A stretch of DNA of 43,968 nt from Bdellovibrionota bacterium (GCA_044356455.1 JBIKWF010000028.1:1-43968); one strand, 5' to 3'; numbered from the stretch's first letter, positions 25,718 through 35,594 are shown. The notes: generated from the letters alone by a model not told the origin. Numbers and translations: made by a program.

Positions 25718-25927
25718 TTAACCACCCCGTCCGTTCAGAGCGCCGCCGTTTTTGCTTTTTTGCTCAGCCACCGCGGTCTCTGCCTCTGGAGTCCTAGGCG
25801 CCTGCAATGAGCCAGGTTCTGCCTGCGCAGCTCGGTCCTTGGCTCGCATGGCTTCGATAAGCCTTGCATCTTGCGCTCGAAAGTAGGCGTTTTCCTTTGT
25901 AGTAGCTAAGTCTGCGAAAGTAATCAT
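25718..25927 (-). CDS. Small protein with an IF1-like (ATPase-inhibitor-like) N-terminal helix
   Basis: AGGGGGGG directly upstream of the ATG; F-x7-E-x2-YFRAQ-x4-I-x-A-M-R pattern. Confidence 0.6.
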   Translation of the reverse strand: MITFADLATTKENAYFRAQDARLIEAMRAKDRAAQAEPGSLQAPRTPEAETAVAEQKSKNGGALNGRGG

Positions 25928-26086
25928 CCCCCCCTAGTTCTTGTAAGGCCAAGGTCTGTAGGGAGATATGCCGCGAGTGAACAGAAGCGTAAGAATTCAA
26001 CGTGATAGAGGATTGCTCATTCTAATCGTCCTAAATGAGCTATGCCCGTGATTGCCTAGTAAATGGCCTCGGATTAGGCTCCGCCC

Positions 26087-27178
26087 ATGCGAGCAGTATC
26101 TCCCCTTGAGCAAGAGCGTAGGCGTAACCCTCCAATAGCACTAAGCCATGCGTCAGAGAGTTTCCAGGTTGTGGTACGGCGCACAGGCGACAAATCCTGC
26201 TCCGTCGCCATCGAGTCCGAGGCAAAGCCGCACCCTCTTTTGTATTCAGCGAAGAACGCCCCGCTCTCCATCCTCGAACCTCTTCGCGTCTGCCTTGCTT
26301 CCGACTTCGATCAAGTAAAAGCGACCGAGCGCGAAGACAGTCTCCTTCGCGTAATTGAATGTATCGCAATAGCGAAGCGCAAACCGGTACGTAGCCAGGC
26401 ACAGATAACACACTCAGCCACGCTCTACACCGATCTCTCCCGAGCACTTGAAGACTTCATTGAAAAGAAGGGCGTTCGGGGGATGGCTTCCATGATGACT
26501 CTCACCGAGGTCACTCCGAAAATTATTCAGGTCCACTTCCCCGTGAGGGCTCTGGCCTGCGCGGTTATGCTGCGCTTTCAAGAACACTATGAAAGTCCCT
26601 TTTTCCGCGGAAAGACTTTCACACGAGGGGAATTTCGGGCGTGGTATCCAAGTAATAGTTCCCCCGTGAATGAGTTCTCGTATTACTTTGACTGGTCGGG
26701 GTTCAATTTCCCCGCTAAAACACTTGCAGCTTTCACCTCAGGTGGTTTTCGCTCCTTACATAGCGGAGAACGCGCGCTGCTTGGATTACTCAAGCCTTAC
26801 CAGGCCCGGGGAGATTTCTATGTCATTGGCACCTCTGGCGACAAATCGGTTGCACGAAACCGGGACACTATTGACCATGAGATTCGCCATGGCCTCTTTT
26901 CGACTGACAAGGTCTATCGCCGCGAAAGTCTGCGGATTATTAAAGGAGCAGATCTCTCCCCCATTCGGCGCTTCTTAAAAGATAGCGGCTATCATCCCTC
27001 CGTCTTTCGGGATGAATATCAAGCCTATCTTGGAGGAGATCTTCGTGAGCTCTCTGAGCGAGTAGGAGGCGGATTTGATGCTTCAGTTTATCAAGCAGAG
27101 CACGATGCGCTTTCAAAACTTCAAGAGGAGCGCCTCAAAGCTCAGCGAGGGGGAAGCTCGCGTGAGCAAGAAAGATAA
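26087..27178 (+). CDS. Hypothetical protein with an HExxH (zincin-like) motif
   Basis: RFQEHYESP..RGK, DWSGFNFP, FYVIGT, DHEIRHGLF and downstream DEYQAY. The true start is uncertain (alternative near 26483). Confidence 0.65.
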   Translation: MRAVSPLEQERRRNPPIALSHASESFQVVVRRTGDKSCSVAIESEAKPHPLLYSAKNAPLSILEPLRVCLASDFDQVKATEREDSLLRVIECIAIAKRKPVRSQAQITHSATLYTDLSRALEDFIEKKGVRGMASMMTLTEVTPKIIQVHFPVRALACAVMLRFQEHYESPFFRGKTFTRGEFRAWYPSNSSPVNEFSYYFDWSGFNFPAKTLAAFTSGGFRSLHSGERALLGLLKPYQARGDFYVIGTSGDKSVARNRDTIDHEIRHGLFSTDKVYRRESLRIIKGADLSPIRRFLKDSGYHPSVFRDEYQAYLGGDLRELSERVGGGFDASVYQAEHDALSKLQEERLKAQRGGSSREQER

Positions 27179-27210
27179 CCCTAAAACTCTGCCCTGCTCA
27201 TTGGCACTTC

Positions 27211-27645
27211 CTATTTGATAGGATCAAAGACTTTTTCGAATTCGTATTGCAGGAAATGCTTCGGATTGTGGGTAGCGAAACGAGAAACGCCGCGGTGTGA
27301 AAGCGTGAGGGCCAAACGTGCGTCAAAAATTTCGCGCCGAGCAAAGTTCTTCCTTTTGGCCAGCGCCCAAATCTTATCCATGAGCGCGCCTGGATAATCG
27401 ATGACACGCCAACTCGGATTTGCTCTGAATTGCTCAACAATATTGATGGCCTCAGAACTACTCATCGGATTGGCTACTACAGATGGGGTGCGCAATAAGA
27501 CATAAAGCTCGATTAACACTAATTCACATACTGCAAAAAGTTCGTTGTTCCACTCGGCCTCAATAAATTCCTTTGCAGCCGCATGCTCTTTGCAGTCCGC
27601 GTTTAAGTAGTAGAGCAATATATTTGTGTCGCAACTGGTGAGCAT
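27211..27645 (-). CDS. vapC: VapC-family PIN-domain toxin
   Basis: DTNILLY, VLIELY, IFDARLA, THN: PIN acidic residues. Confidence 0.85.
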   Translation of the reverse strand: MLTSCDTNILLYYLNADCKEHAAAKEFIEAEWNNELFAVCELVLIELYVLLRTPSVVANPMSSSEAINIVEQFRANPSWRVIDYPGALMDKIWALAKRKNFARREIFDARLALTLSHRGVSRFATHNPKHFLQYEFEKVFDPIK

Positions 27646-27885
27646 TTAGTCCTCCGCAAGGTTCGCCATTTCTCGCCAGCTCTCGCTATTGGACCTAAAT
27701 TTTCCAAGCTTGAGAGGCCTGGGAGGAGTCGTCGGAATAACCTCACTCTTGTACTGAGGATACATTATCAAGATTTGCTCAGCGCCGCGGCGCACTGCCT
27801 CCGCGAGCGACCATTCCTTTGCGGAAGCGAGCCTTTTTAAGGCGAGATACAACTCATCCGGAAGCTGCAACTGAGTTTTCTTCAT
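27646..27885 (-). CDS. Ribbon-helix-helix antitoxin (VapB/CopG-like)
   Basis: MKKTQLQLPDELY..LKRLA....SLAEAVRRG is an RHH pattern; it abuts the vapC start. Confidence 0.85.
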   Translation of the reverse strand: MKKTQLQLPDELYLALKRLASAKEWSLAEAVRRGAEQILIMYPQYKSEVIPTTPPRPLKLGKFRSNSESWREMANLAED

Positions 27886-27892
27886 GACATCA

Positions 27893-27921
27893 ATTATATG
27901 TCACCATCAAAATGGTGTCAA
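27893..27921 (-). promoter_or_regulatory. Consensus sigma70 promoter of the vapBC operon, with overlapping operator palindromes
   Basis: Minus strand: TTGACA-17 nt-TATAAT-7 nt-ATG. IRs TGACAT-N7-ATGTCA (27885-27903) and CACCAT-N4-ATGGTG (27902-27917). Confidence 0.85.
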
Positions 27922-28091
27922 AATAGCTAACTTCTTGGAAGCCGACCTCGATTCCCACATTAAGTGTCTAAAATCATTGTGCTTTTGCGACATCCGCGAA
28001 CTGAGGGAAAGCCCTACATACGCTTTCGATCCTGAGATAGAGGGCTACATGGGAAGGCAAGGGACCACGACAGAGTCGTGCGCCCAAAGGC

Positions 28092-28340
28092 TCAGCGAGG
28101 GCGAAGCTCTCTATGAACGGTCTCTGCTCGAACTTCTTTAAAAATCTTCTGAGCAAATTCTAATTTTGCCGGATCTCCCGAGCGCCGCGCTAAACCAAGT
28201 AGGGATACTGCTTCTTTATCAAAATGGTGCGGAAGTTCGTTGCTCAAAGCAGCGACATCAAGCCTATCAAACAGCAAGGCCGTCCTTCCAAAAGCCAAAT
28301 TCACATCCGGGGTCTTGTGTCGTTGATTTGCGGCAAACAT
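28092..28340 (-). CDS. Possible small hypothetical protein
   Basis: Its ATG overlaps the IMPase stop (TGATG coupling); no recognisable motif. Confidence 0.3.
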   Translation of the reverse strand: MFAANQRHKTPDVNLAFGRTALLFDRLDVAALSNELPHHFDKEAVSLLGLARRSGDPAKLEFAQKIFKEVRAETVHRELRPR

Positions 28341-29203
28341 CAGCGCGTTTCCTCATTGTTCTCAAGCAGTTCGCGGGCAAAGGCTACGGCGGAGGCTGAG
28401 CCTGCAAGGACTGTATAATGAACAGCACCACCTTCTGAGCTGAGCCTTCTCACTTCGTGATATTTTCCGCCTGCTTCTTCGATGAGGATTCTAAGACTTG
28501 CGATGTCCCAAAGCCTTACATTCCACTCGAGCGTGAGGTCGAGTTTCCCGAGAGCCACTGCGGTTTGACTGTAGCAAGTGTAGAACATGCGCGTCTGTGG
28601 ATATGCGGAGAGAAACGCAGAAAGCCTTGGAATTTCATTGCCCTTCTTTAAAAATCCATTCGGTGAGCTTACTGCAACTACTTGGTCGACTGCCGGACGT
28701 AAAGAATCCGTTAGGCGCACCCTTTTTCCTTCACAGAAGGTACCGAGACCGTGCGCAGCAAATATGCGCGACTCTGAACCCATGGAAGGATGGTCTATCA
28801 CCCCAACAAGCGGATGCCCACAGTAGTAGAGCGCAAGAATGGAGCCCCACGTTGGAATACCGCGGGTAAGGTCGAGAGTTCCATCGACTGGGTCAGTGAC
28901 AAACTGAAAAGGCGCGTCGGGATTGGTGTGTCCCTGCTCCTCCCCGAGAATTCCTGCTTCCGGGAGGAGCTGAGCAGCAAGCGCGCGAACTGCCTTCTCT
29001 CCCGCAACATCGGCGGCGGTTACAACCGTGCGATCTGACTTTATAGAAGAGCTGTTGCCCTTGGTGAGCTCGGAGTTCACTGCGGCTCGAAGGGCATCTG
29101 CGATGGTAAGTGTTATCGACTTGAGCTCTTCAACGCGAGCGGGAGGCAATTCACTTCTGCGGTCTAAGGCGCCGCGCTGTTCAAGAAGAGGAGGTGGCGT
29201 CAT
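28340..29203 (-). CDS. Inositol monophosphatase family protein (HisN/SuhB-like)
   Basis: VTAAD..GE, ILGEE, DPVDGT, WDIA motifs. Start placed at ATG 29203 (or 29239); the longer ORF runs into the MITE. Confidence 0.85.
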   Translation of the reverse strand: MTPPPLLEQRGALDRRSELPPARVEELKSITLTIADALRAAVNSELTKGNSSSIKSDRTVVTAADVAGEKAVRALAAQLLPEAGILGEEQGHTNPDAPFQFVTDPVDGTLDLTRGIPTWGSILALYYCGHPLVGVIDHPSMGSESRIFAAHGLGTFCEGKRVRLTDSLRPAVDQVVAVSSPNGFLKKGNEIPRLSAFLSAYPQTRMFYTCYSQTAVALGKLDLTLEWNVRLWDIASLRILIEEAGGKYHEVRRLSSEGGAVHYTVLAGSASAVAFARELLENNEETR

Positions 29204-29331
29204 AACGGCTATGAGCAGCGGTGCGACGGCAGGGAGCATCCGCCGGGTCAATTTGTTCTCTTCCGTATTTCTAACTTTGGTATGGTTTCTAAGCAACTTT
29301 TCTACCGATTTGTCGATTAGGGATAGAAGGG

Positions 29332-29600
29332 CTAGGAGTCTGTCCCGTAGAAAGTTCCGACCACTACATGTTGTGGTGGCAACGGGACAGCCCACCTAGC
29401 CCCTATTGCTCATACGCCCTACAAGGCTCCGAACTCCCTAGAGTGCTGCAAGCAGCCCATTGCGCGGACATCTCCTCGAATAGGGGCTCAGCTCGCCTTT
29501 TCATTTCGCATATTTCGGCGCGACCGAACTGCTGTGTGAAAAGGCGGCTACGGATTGTGTCCAAAATGAAGATTTATGTTTCTACGGGACACACTCCTTG
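29332..29600. mobile_element. MITE family A, copy 2
   Basis: CTAG|GAGTCTGTCCCGTAGAAA ... TTTCTACGGGACACACTC|CTTG; 261 bp, collinear with 10750-11010, about 17 substitutions by hand count. Confidence 0.85.
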
Positions 29601-29602
29601 GT

Positions 29603-29626
29603 CGCGGAGACACGGAGACCGCGGAG
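29603..29626 (+). repeat. Left 24-bp inverted repeat of the GxxExxY cassette
   Basis: cgcggagacacggagaccgcggag ends immediately before the ATG at 29627. Confidence 0.9.
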
Positions 29627-30012
29627 ATGGAAATCAACCAGATTACCGAAAAGATTATAGGTGCGGCTATCAAGGTGCACTCACTGCTGGGACCAGGCCT
29701 CTTCGAGCAGGTCTACAAGGCATGCCTATTCCGCGAGCTCCAAAAGCAGAGCATCAAGGTTGCCAAAGAGGTCATGTTCCGGTGCTCTATGACTGCGAAT
29801 TAATAGACCTAGGGTACCGCCTAGACCTGCTAGTAGAGTCAGAGGTAATCGTTGAGTTAAAGGCGATCGAACGTCTTACCAGAGTCCATAGAACCCAGGT
29901 GCTAACTTATCTGAAGTTATCTCAAAAAACTGTTGGACTACTCATAAATTTCAATGCGGTACCGCTTAAGGATGGAATCGTGCGCATCGTTCGAGGTTAC
30001 GCAGGACCTTAA
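29627..30012 (+). pseudogene. GxxExxY protein (PD-(D/E)XK-like), frameshifted
   Basis: Frame 1 gives [45 protein letters not shown]; frame 2 continues PVLY..GYRLDLLVESEVIVELKA..HRTQVLTYLK..GLLINF. One base is missing near 29776-29778. Confidence 0.85.
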
Positions 30013-30014
30013 CC

Positions 30015-30038
30015 CTCCGCGGTCTCCGTGTCTCCGCG
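30015..30038 (-). repeat. Right 24-bp inverted repeat of the GxxExxY cassette
   Basis: ctccgcggtctccgtgtctccgcg is the exact reverse complement of 29603-29626 and starts 2 nt after the stop. Confidence 0.9.
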
Positions 30039-30173
30039 CTAATCCCTTCTTAACCCCATCTATGGAGTTTCCTCGAACATTCAAGTAGGAAGGGAACTTG
30101 GGCCTACCTCATATTAGGTGGCAATGAGGCTCACGGGGGGGGGCATTCTTAACTCCCCTTTTCCTATTGCCCC

Positions 30174-30593
30174 TCAATGCACTACTGCCGGCAAGCGCTC
30201 GGCAGCTTCTGCTCTCTCAAGCTTGCGCTGCGCAGGTGCCCAAGCATCATCATAGGAACTCAGTCCCTCAAGGGCGGCCGTAGCCTCCTTCTTAAGCTTC
30301 TGGATGCTGGCAGAATCCATGCTTTCTGCTGTGTCCACGGAATCGGCAAGAACGACGAGCTTTCCGTCTACAAAATTGCAGAATCCTCCGGCAACTACGA
30401 CAGGCTTTCCTTTCTGCCCGCTTGCCAGTTCATAGGAAAGGACCCCAACGCCAATAGTTCCTGTATAGCGACAGTGATTGGGTAGTAGACCAATTTCCCC
30501 CTGCTCCGATGGCAGGCTCACCGAGGAGACCTGCTCTTCAAATACAAGACCAGCCGGAGTTAGAACCCTTAGGGTGAAATTATCTTGCGCCAT
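30174..30593 (-). CDS. atpC: ATP synthase epsilon subunit
   Basis: LRVLTP, LPSEQGEIGLLPNH, VAGGF, VLAD; follows atpD. Confidence 0.92.
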   Translation of the reverse strand: MAQDNFTLRVLTPAGLVFEEQVSSVSLPSEQGEIGLLPNHCRYTGTIGVGVLSYELASGQKGKPVVVAGGFCNFVDGKLVVLADSVDTAESMDSASIQKLKKEATAALEGLSSYDDAWAPAQRKLERAEAAERLPAVVH

Positions 30594-30640
30594 ACCGTAC
30601 CTTGCCTCTCGGAAGCCACGAATCTCAAACTAAATACATT

Positions 30641-30706
30641 CCTTCGTGGCCTCTGTGGTCTTAGTGGTAAATTCCTGAACCACTAAGACCACTAAGACCA
30701 CCAAGG
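30641..30706. repeat. 9-nt-unit palindromic repeat, outward-facing type, between atpD and atpC
   Basis: ccttcgtggcctctgtggtcttagtggt / accactaag-accactaag-accaccaag-g. Confidence 0.8.
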
Positions 30707-30709
30707 GGG

Positions 30710-32185
<1,476 letters not shown>

Positions 32186-32245
32186 CTAAGGACTGACTTT
32201 TTTCTATGCAGAACTCGTGTTCTGCGCTCAAGCAATTGTCTAATT

Positions 32246-33145
32246 CTACTTAACGGCCTCCGCTCCACCGAGAATATCGAGAAGCTCAGAGGTAATACGG
32301 GCTTGACGAATCTTGTTGTGCTGCAGCTCAAGTTTACGCGACAACTGCTTAGCGTTCTTGGTTGCGGCGTCCATTGAGGTCATGCGTGCCGCCGTTTCAC
32401 TCGCCTTCGCATCGAGGCAAAACTGCCTGATTTTAGCGCTCACGATGCGAGGAAGTAGAGACGAAAATACCGCGGTTGCCGAAGGCTCAAACTTCGTCAC
32501 GCCGCCTGACTCCGAAACGGTGCTGGCTGCGGTCTTTGCGGCGCTCACCGAGAGTGCCGAAAGATTTGCATCGAGAGGCAGGAGCTTCTCAAGTTGCACC
32601 GTCTGAGAAATCGCGGACTTAAACTTAGTATAAATGACCCAGACTTCATCGAAAGCGCCGCTGCGGAACCCAGTTTCAAGTTCACTTGCAATGTCTGCAA
32701 TTGGCCAGGCGTTCGCGTTCTCTGGAAGTTCCTCAAAGGCATTGAGGTACGACATGCCTTTGCGGCGATAATATTCGGCGGGCTTCTTTCCTAGCACCAC
32801 CGAGGAGCGCAGGTCGGAGAACTGCTTTTGGGCGACTTCTACTTTCTTATTGACGTTACTGTTGTAACCACCGCACAACCCGCGCTGGCCACCCACTACG
32901 AGAAGGGCCACGTTTTTAACTTCGGGCCTCACCTCCATTAAGGGGTGCGAGAGCTCTGTGCCTGCTGTTTCCTGCAAAAGCTGAGAAAGCAAAGCTCCAA
33001 GCTCAGTCGTGTACTCACGAGATTTTGTAACGGCCTCCTGCGCTTTTCGAAGTTTCGCCGCAGAGACGAGCTTCATGGCGTAGGTGATTTTCTGCGTATT
33101 CTTTACTGACCGCAGACGCCTTTTAATTTCTTTTAAACCTGCCAT
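32246..33145 (-). CDS. atpG: ATP synthase gamma subunit
   Basis: LKEIKRRLRSVKNTQKITYAMKLVSAAK, RGLCGGYN, ARMTSMDAAT.NA, RQARITSEL. Confidence 0.97.
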   Translation of the reverse strand: MAGLKEIKRRLRSVKNTQKITYAMKLVSAAKLRKAQEAVTKSREYTTELGALLSQLLQETAGTELSHPLMEVRPEVKNVALLVVGGQRGLCGGYNSNVNKKVEVAQKQFSDLRSSVVLGKKPAEYYRRKGMSYLNAFEELPENANAWPIADIASELETGFRSGAFDEVWVIYTKFKSAISQTVQLEKLLPLDANLSALSVSAAKTAASTVSESGGVTKFEPSATAVFSSLLPRIVSAKIRQFCLDAKASETAARMTSMDAATKNAKQLSRKLELQHNKIRQARITSELLDILGGAEAVK

Positions 33146-33239
33146 AGCAGTTCACTCAATCTTTCGTTTCAGGCCTTGCTACTTCTTGCACCGAGAGGGG
33201 GATCCCACCGTGCTCAAAATTGCCCGAGAATCTAAACTC

Positions 33240-33280
33240 TTCGCTTCGCGCCTAACTGATGTCGTTTGGCGCGAAGCGAA
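33240..33280. other. Intergenic stem-loop between atpA and atpG
   Basis: ttcgcttcgcgcc / ggcgcgaagcgaa perfect 13-bp arms with no U-tract; possibly an mRNA stability element. Confidence 0.55.
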
Positions 33281-33290
33281 CTACTTCGCA

Positions 33291-34895
33291 CTAGGCATGA
33301 GCATGGGCGGCTCCGCCCTTTTCACTCTTCTTGGGGGAACCGTTAGTGGCAGCTCCCGCCGCTCCTGCTGAAGCTTTCGCCTTAAGTCCGGCAGAGAACT
33401 CCTGCACGAAATTCGCGAGAATCTTCTTCAGCTCTGCCTCGATATCCTTGGTGAGCTCTTTCTTATTGCGCAGGTCTTCAAGAACCTTGGCATGCGTGCT
33501 GCTCATGTGAGCATGGAACGCAGCTTCAAAAGCTCTAATTTGGTTAGCGGGGACATTGTCAGTTGCGCCCGAGGTTACCGCGTAGAGCGAAAGAACCTGG
33601 AACTCAACTGGCATCGGTTTGTATTGCTCTTGCTTGAGCACTTCAACGAGACGCTCTCCTCTTGCGAGCTGAGCGCGGGTCGCGGCATCAAGGTCGGATC
33701 CAAACTGAGCGAAAGCTTGCTTCTCACGATACTGCGCGAGGTCAAGTCGGAGCGTTCCGGCAACTTTCTTCATCGCCTTCACCTGAGCCGCACCACCTAC
33801 ACGCGATACGGAAAGACCTACGTTAACTGCGGGACGAATACCTGAGTTAAAGAGGTCAGCCTCAAGATAAATCTGACCATCGGTAATGGAGATAACGTTG
33901 GTCGGAATGTACGCTGAAACGTCGCCCTCAAGAGTCTCAATGATGGGCAGCGCCGTGAGAGACCCAGAGCCAAGAGAGTCATTAAGCTTTGCGGCGCGCT
34001 CAAGGAGACGCGAGTGCACGTAGAATACGTCTCCAGGATACGCTTCGCGGCCCGGAGGTCGGCGAAGGAGAAGCGACATGGCTCGGTAAGCAACGGCGTG
34101 CTTTGAAAGGTCATCAAACACAATCAAGGCATGCTTGCCCTTCTCCATGAAGTACTCGCCAATTGCGCATCCCGCATAAGGAGCAAAGAAGGCAAGAGGT
34201 GCTGGCTCAGAGGCAGTCGCCGCAACAACGATAGTGTGGTCCATTGCTCCATGCTCACGGAGCTTCTCAACTACCTGAACTACGGAAGAGCGCTTCTGTC
34301 CGATGGCGACGTAGATACAGATAACGCCATTACCCTTCTGATTAATGATGGTGTCGAGAGCTACGGCGGTTTTGCCGGTCTTCTTGTCGCCGATGATAAG
34401 CTCACGCTGGCCACGGCCTACAGGCGTCATCGAGTCAATGGACTTGATACCAGTCTGCATTGGCTCATGAACTGATTTGCGCTTGATGATACCAGGAGCC
34501 TTAATTTCGAGACGACGAGTAACATTCGACTTGATATCGCCAAGCCCGTCGATCGGGTTACCAAGAGCGTCAACTACGCGGCCAATCAAAGCCTCGCCTA
34601 CGGGGAGCTCTGCGATACGACCCGTTCGCTTTACGGTGTCTCCCTCACGTACGCGAGAGGTCTCGCCCATGAGAACCACACCGACAGAGTCTTCTTCGAG
34701 GTTGAATGCCATGCCCTTAAGGCCATCGCTAAACTCAACGAGCTCACCAGAAGCTACTTTACCGAGACCATAGACCTGACAGATACCGTCTCCGATCGAG
34801 ATAACGCTTCCCGTTTCGCTGAGCTCAGAGCTCGCGGAGAAGCTTGAAATACGGTCCTTAAGAATCCTGCTGATTTCTTCTGCTTTCGTACTCAT
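33291..34895 (-). CDS. atpA: ATP synthase alpha subunit
   Basis: [58 protein letters not shown]. Confidence 0.98.
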   Translation of the reverse strand: MSTKAEEISRILKDRISSFSASSELSETGSVISIGDGICQVYGLGKVASGELVEFSDGLKGMAFNLEEDSVGVVLMGETSRVREGDTVKRTGRIAELPVGEALIGRVVDALGNPIDGLGDIKSNVTRRLEIKAPGIIKRKSVHEPMQTGIKSIDSMTPVGRGQRELIIGDKKTGKTAVALDTIINQKGNGVICIYVAIGQKRSSVVQVVEKLREHGAMDHTIVVAATASEPAPLAFFAPYAGCAIGEYFMEKGKHALIVFDDLSKHAVAYRAMSLLLRRPPGREAYPGDVFYVHSRLLERAAKLNDSLGSGSLTALPIIETLEGDVSAYIPTNVISITDGQIYLEADLFNSGIRPAVNVGLSVSRVGGAAQVKAMKKVAGTLRLDLAQYREKQAFAQFGSDLDAATRAQLARGERLVEVLKQEQYKPMPVEFQVLSLYAVTSGATDNVPANQIRAFEAAFHAHMSSTHAKVLEDLRNKKELTKDIEAELKKILANFVQEFSAGLKAKASAGAAGAATNGSPKKSEKGGAAHAHA

Positions 34896-35006
34896 TGCTA
34901 TTTCTTCCTATTCAAAATCAGTCGGCTCCTCGCTTCAATTGCTGGGAAGCCTTCTCTCAAACAAGTTCACTTCGGGCAGCGAGCGCCCTCGCTACTAGGC
35001 CTAGTC

Positions 35007-35561
35007 TTAGTTGACCGCGCGCCCTACCCTCTCAAGTGCGCCAGAAAGCGAGCCATCAAGCACTCTATCTCCTGACTTCACAATCATTCCGCCAATCAAG
35101 TTCTTATCTTCGTGCCATGCTATTGAAACAAGAGACGCATACTGAGCAGGCACGAGCTTCTGAATATCAGACTGCAGCGTGCGCTTCTCCTCATCAGATA
35201 GCGCAAACGCTGAAGTCACCTCAAGCGAAAGGACTTTCATGAATTGCTCAACAAGCTGAGAGAAAAGAGTAATGGTACTTCCCAGCGCGCCGATTCGATC
35301 ATTCACAAGCATGGTTGCGATAAAATTGGCAAAAACTTGATCTCCGGGTCTCGCGAGGTTGCACAAATCACGGACCATCTCTTCACGCCGGGCGGGAGGA
35401 ATACGGGGGTTCGCAAGGGCGCTGGTAAACTCGGGATACGCCTCAAGGTCTTCTGCAATACGCTTCAAGGCGTTGCGGCGCGGCTCGAAATCTGCGGGCT
35501 GGCAGAGTTCAAATAATGCTCGGGCATACTTCTTTGCTATCTTTCCGTGACTAGCTGCCAT
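35007..35561 (-). CDS. atpH: ATP synthase delta subunit
   Basis: IAKKYARALFE, NPRIP, VTSA, LIGGMIVK.GDRVLDGSL. Confidence 0.93.
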   Translation of the reverse strand: MAASHGKIAKKYARALFELCQPADFEPRRNALKRIAEDLEAYPEFTSALANPRIPPARREEMVRDLCNLARPGDQVFANFIATMLVNDRIGALGSTITLFSQLVEQFMKVLSLEVTSAFALSDEEKRTLQSDIQKLVPAQYASLVSIAWHEDKNLIGGMIVKSGDRVLDGSLSGALERVGRAVN

Positions 35562-35594
35562 GACCTTGGTTCTCTCTCTTAAGAAATTCGCGCG

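Noticed and set aside
27974..28156. Frameshifted continuation of ORF 28092..28340
   Set aside because: Neither frame has a recognisable domain to justify joining them
29204..29395. Long N-terminal extension of the inositol monophosphatase
   Set aside because: It runs into the MITE and has no family-like sequence; a downstream ATG is more plausible
29738..29750. Programmed -1 frameshift at CAA AAG in the GxxExxY gene
   Set aside because: Family-like sequence continues in frame 1 ([10 protein letters not shown]) beyond this point, so a 1-bp deletion near 29777 fits better
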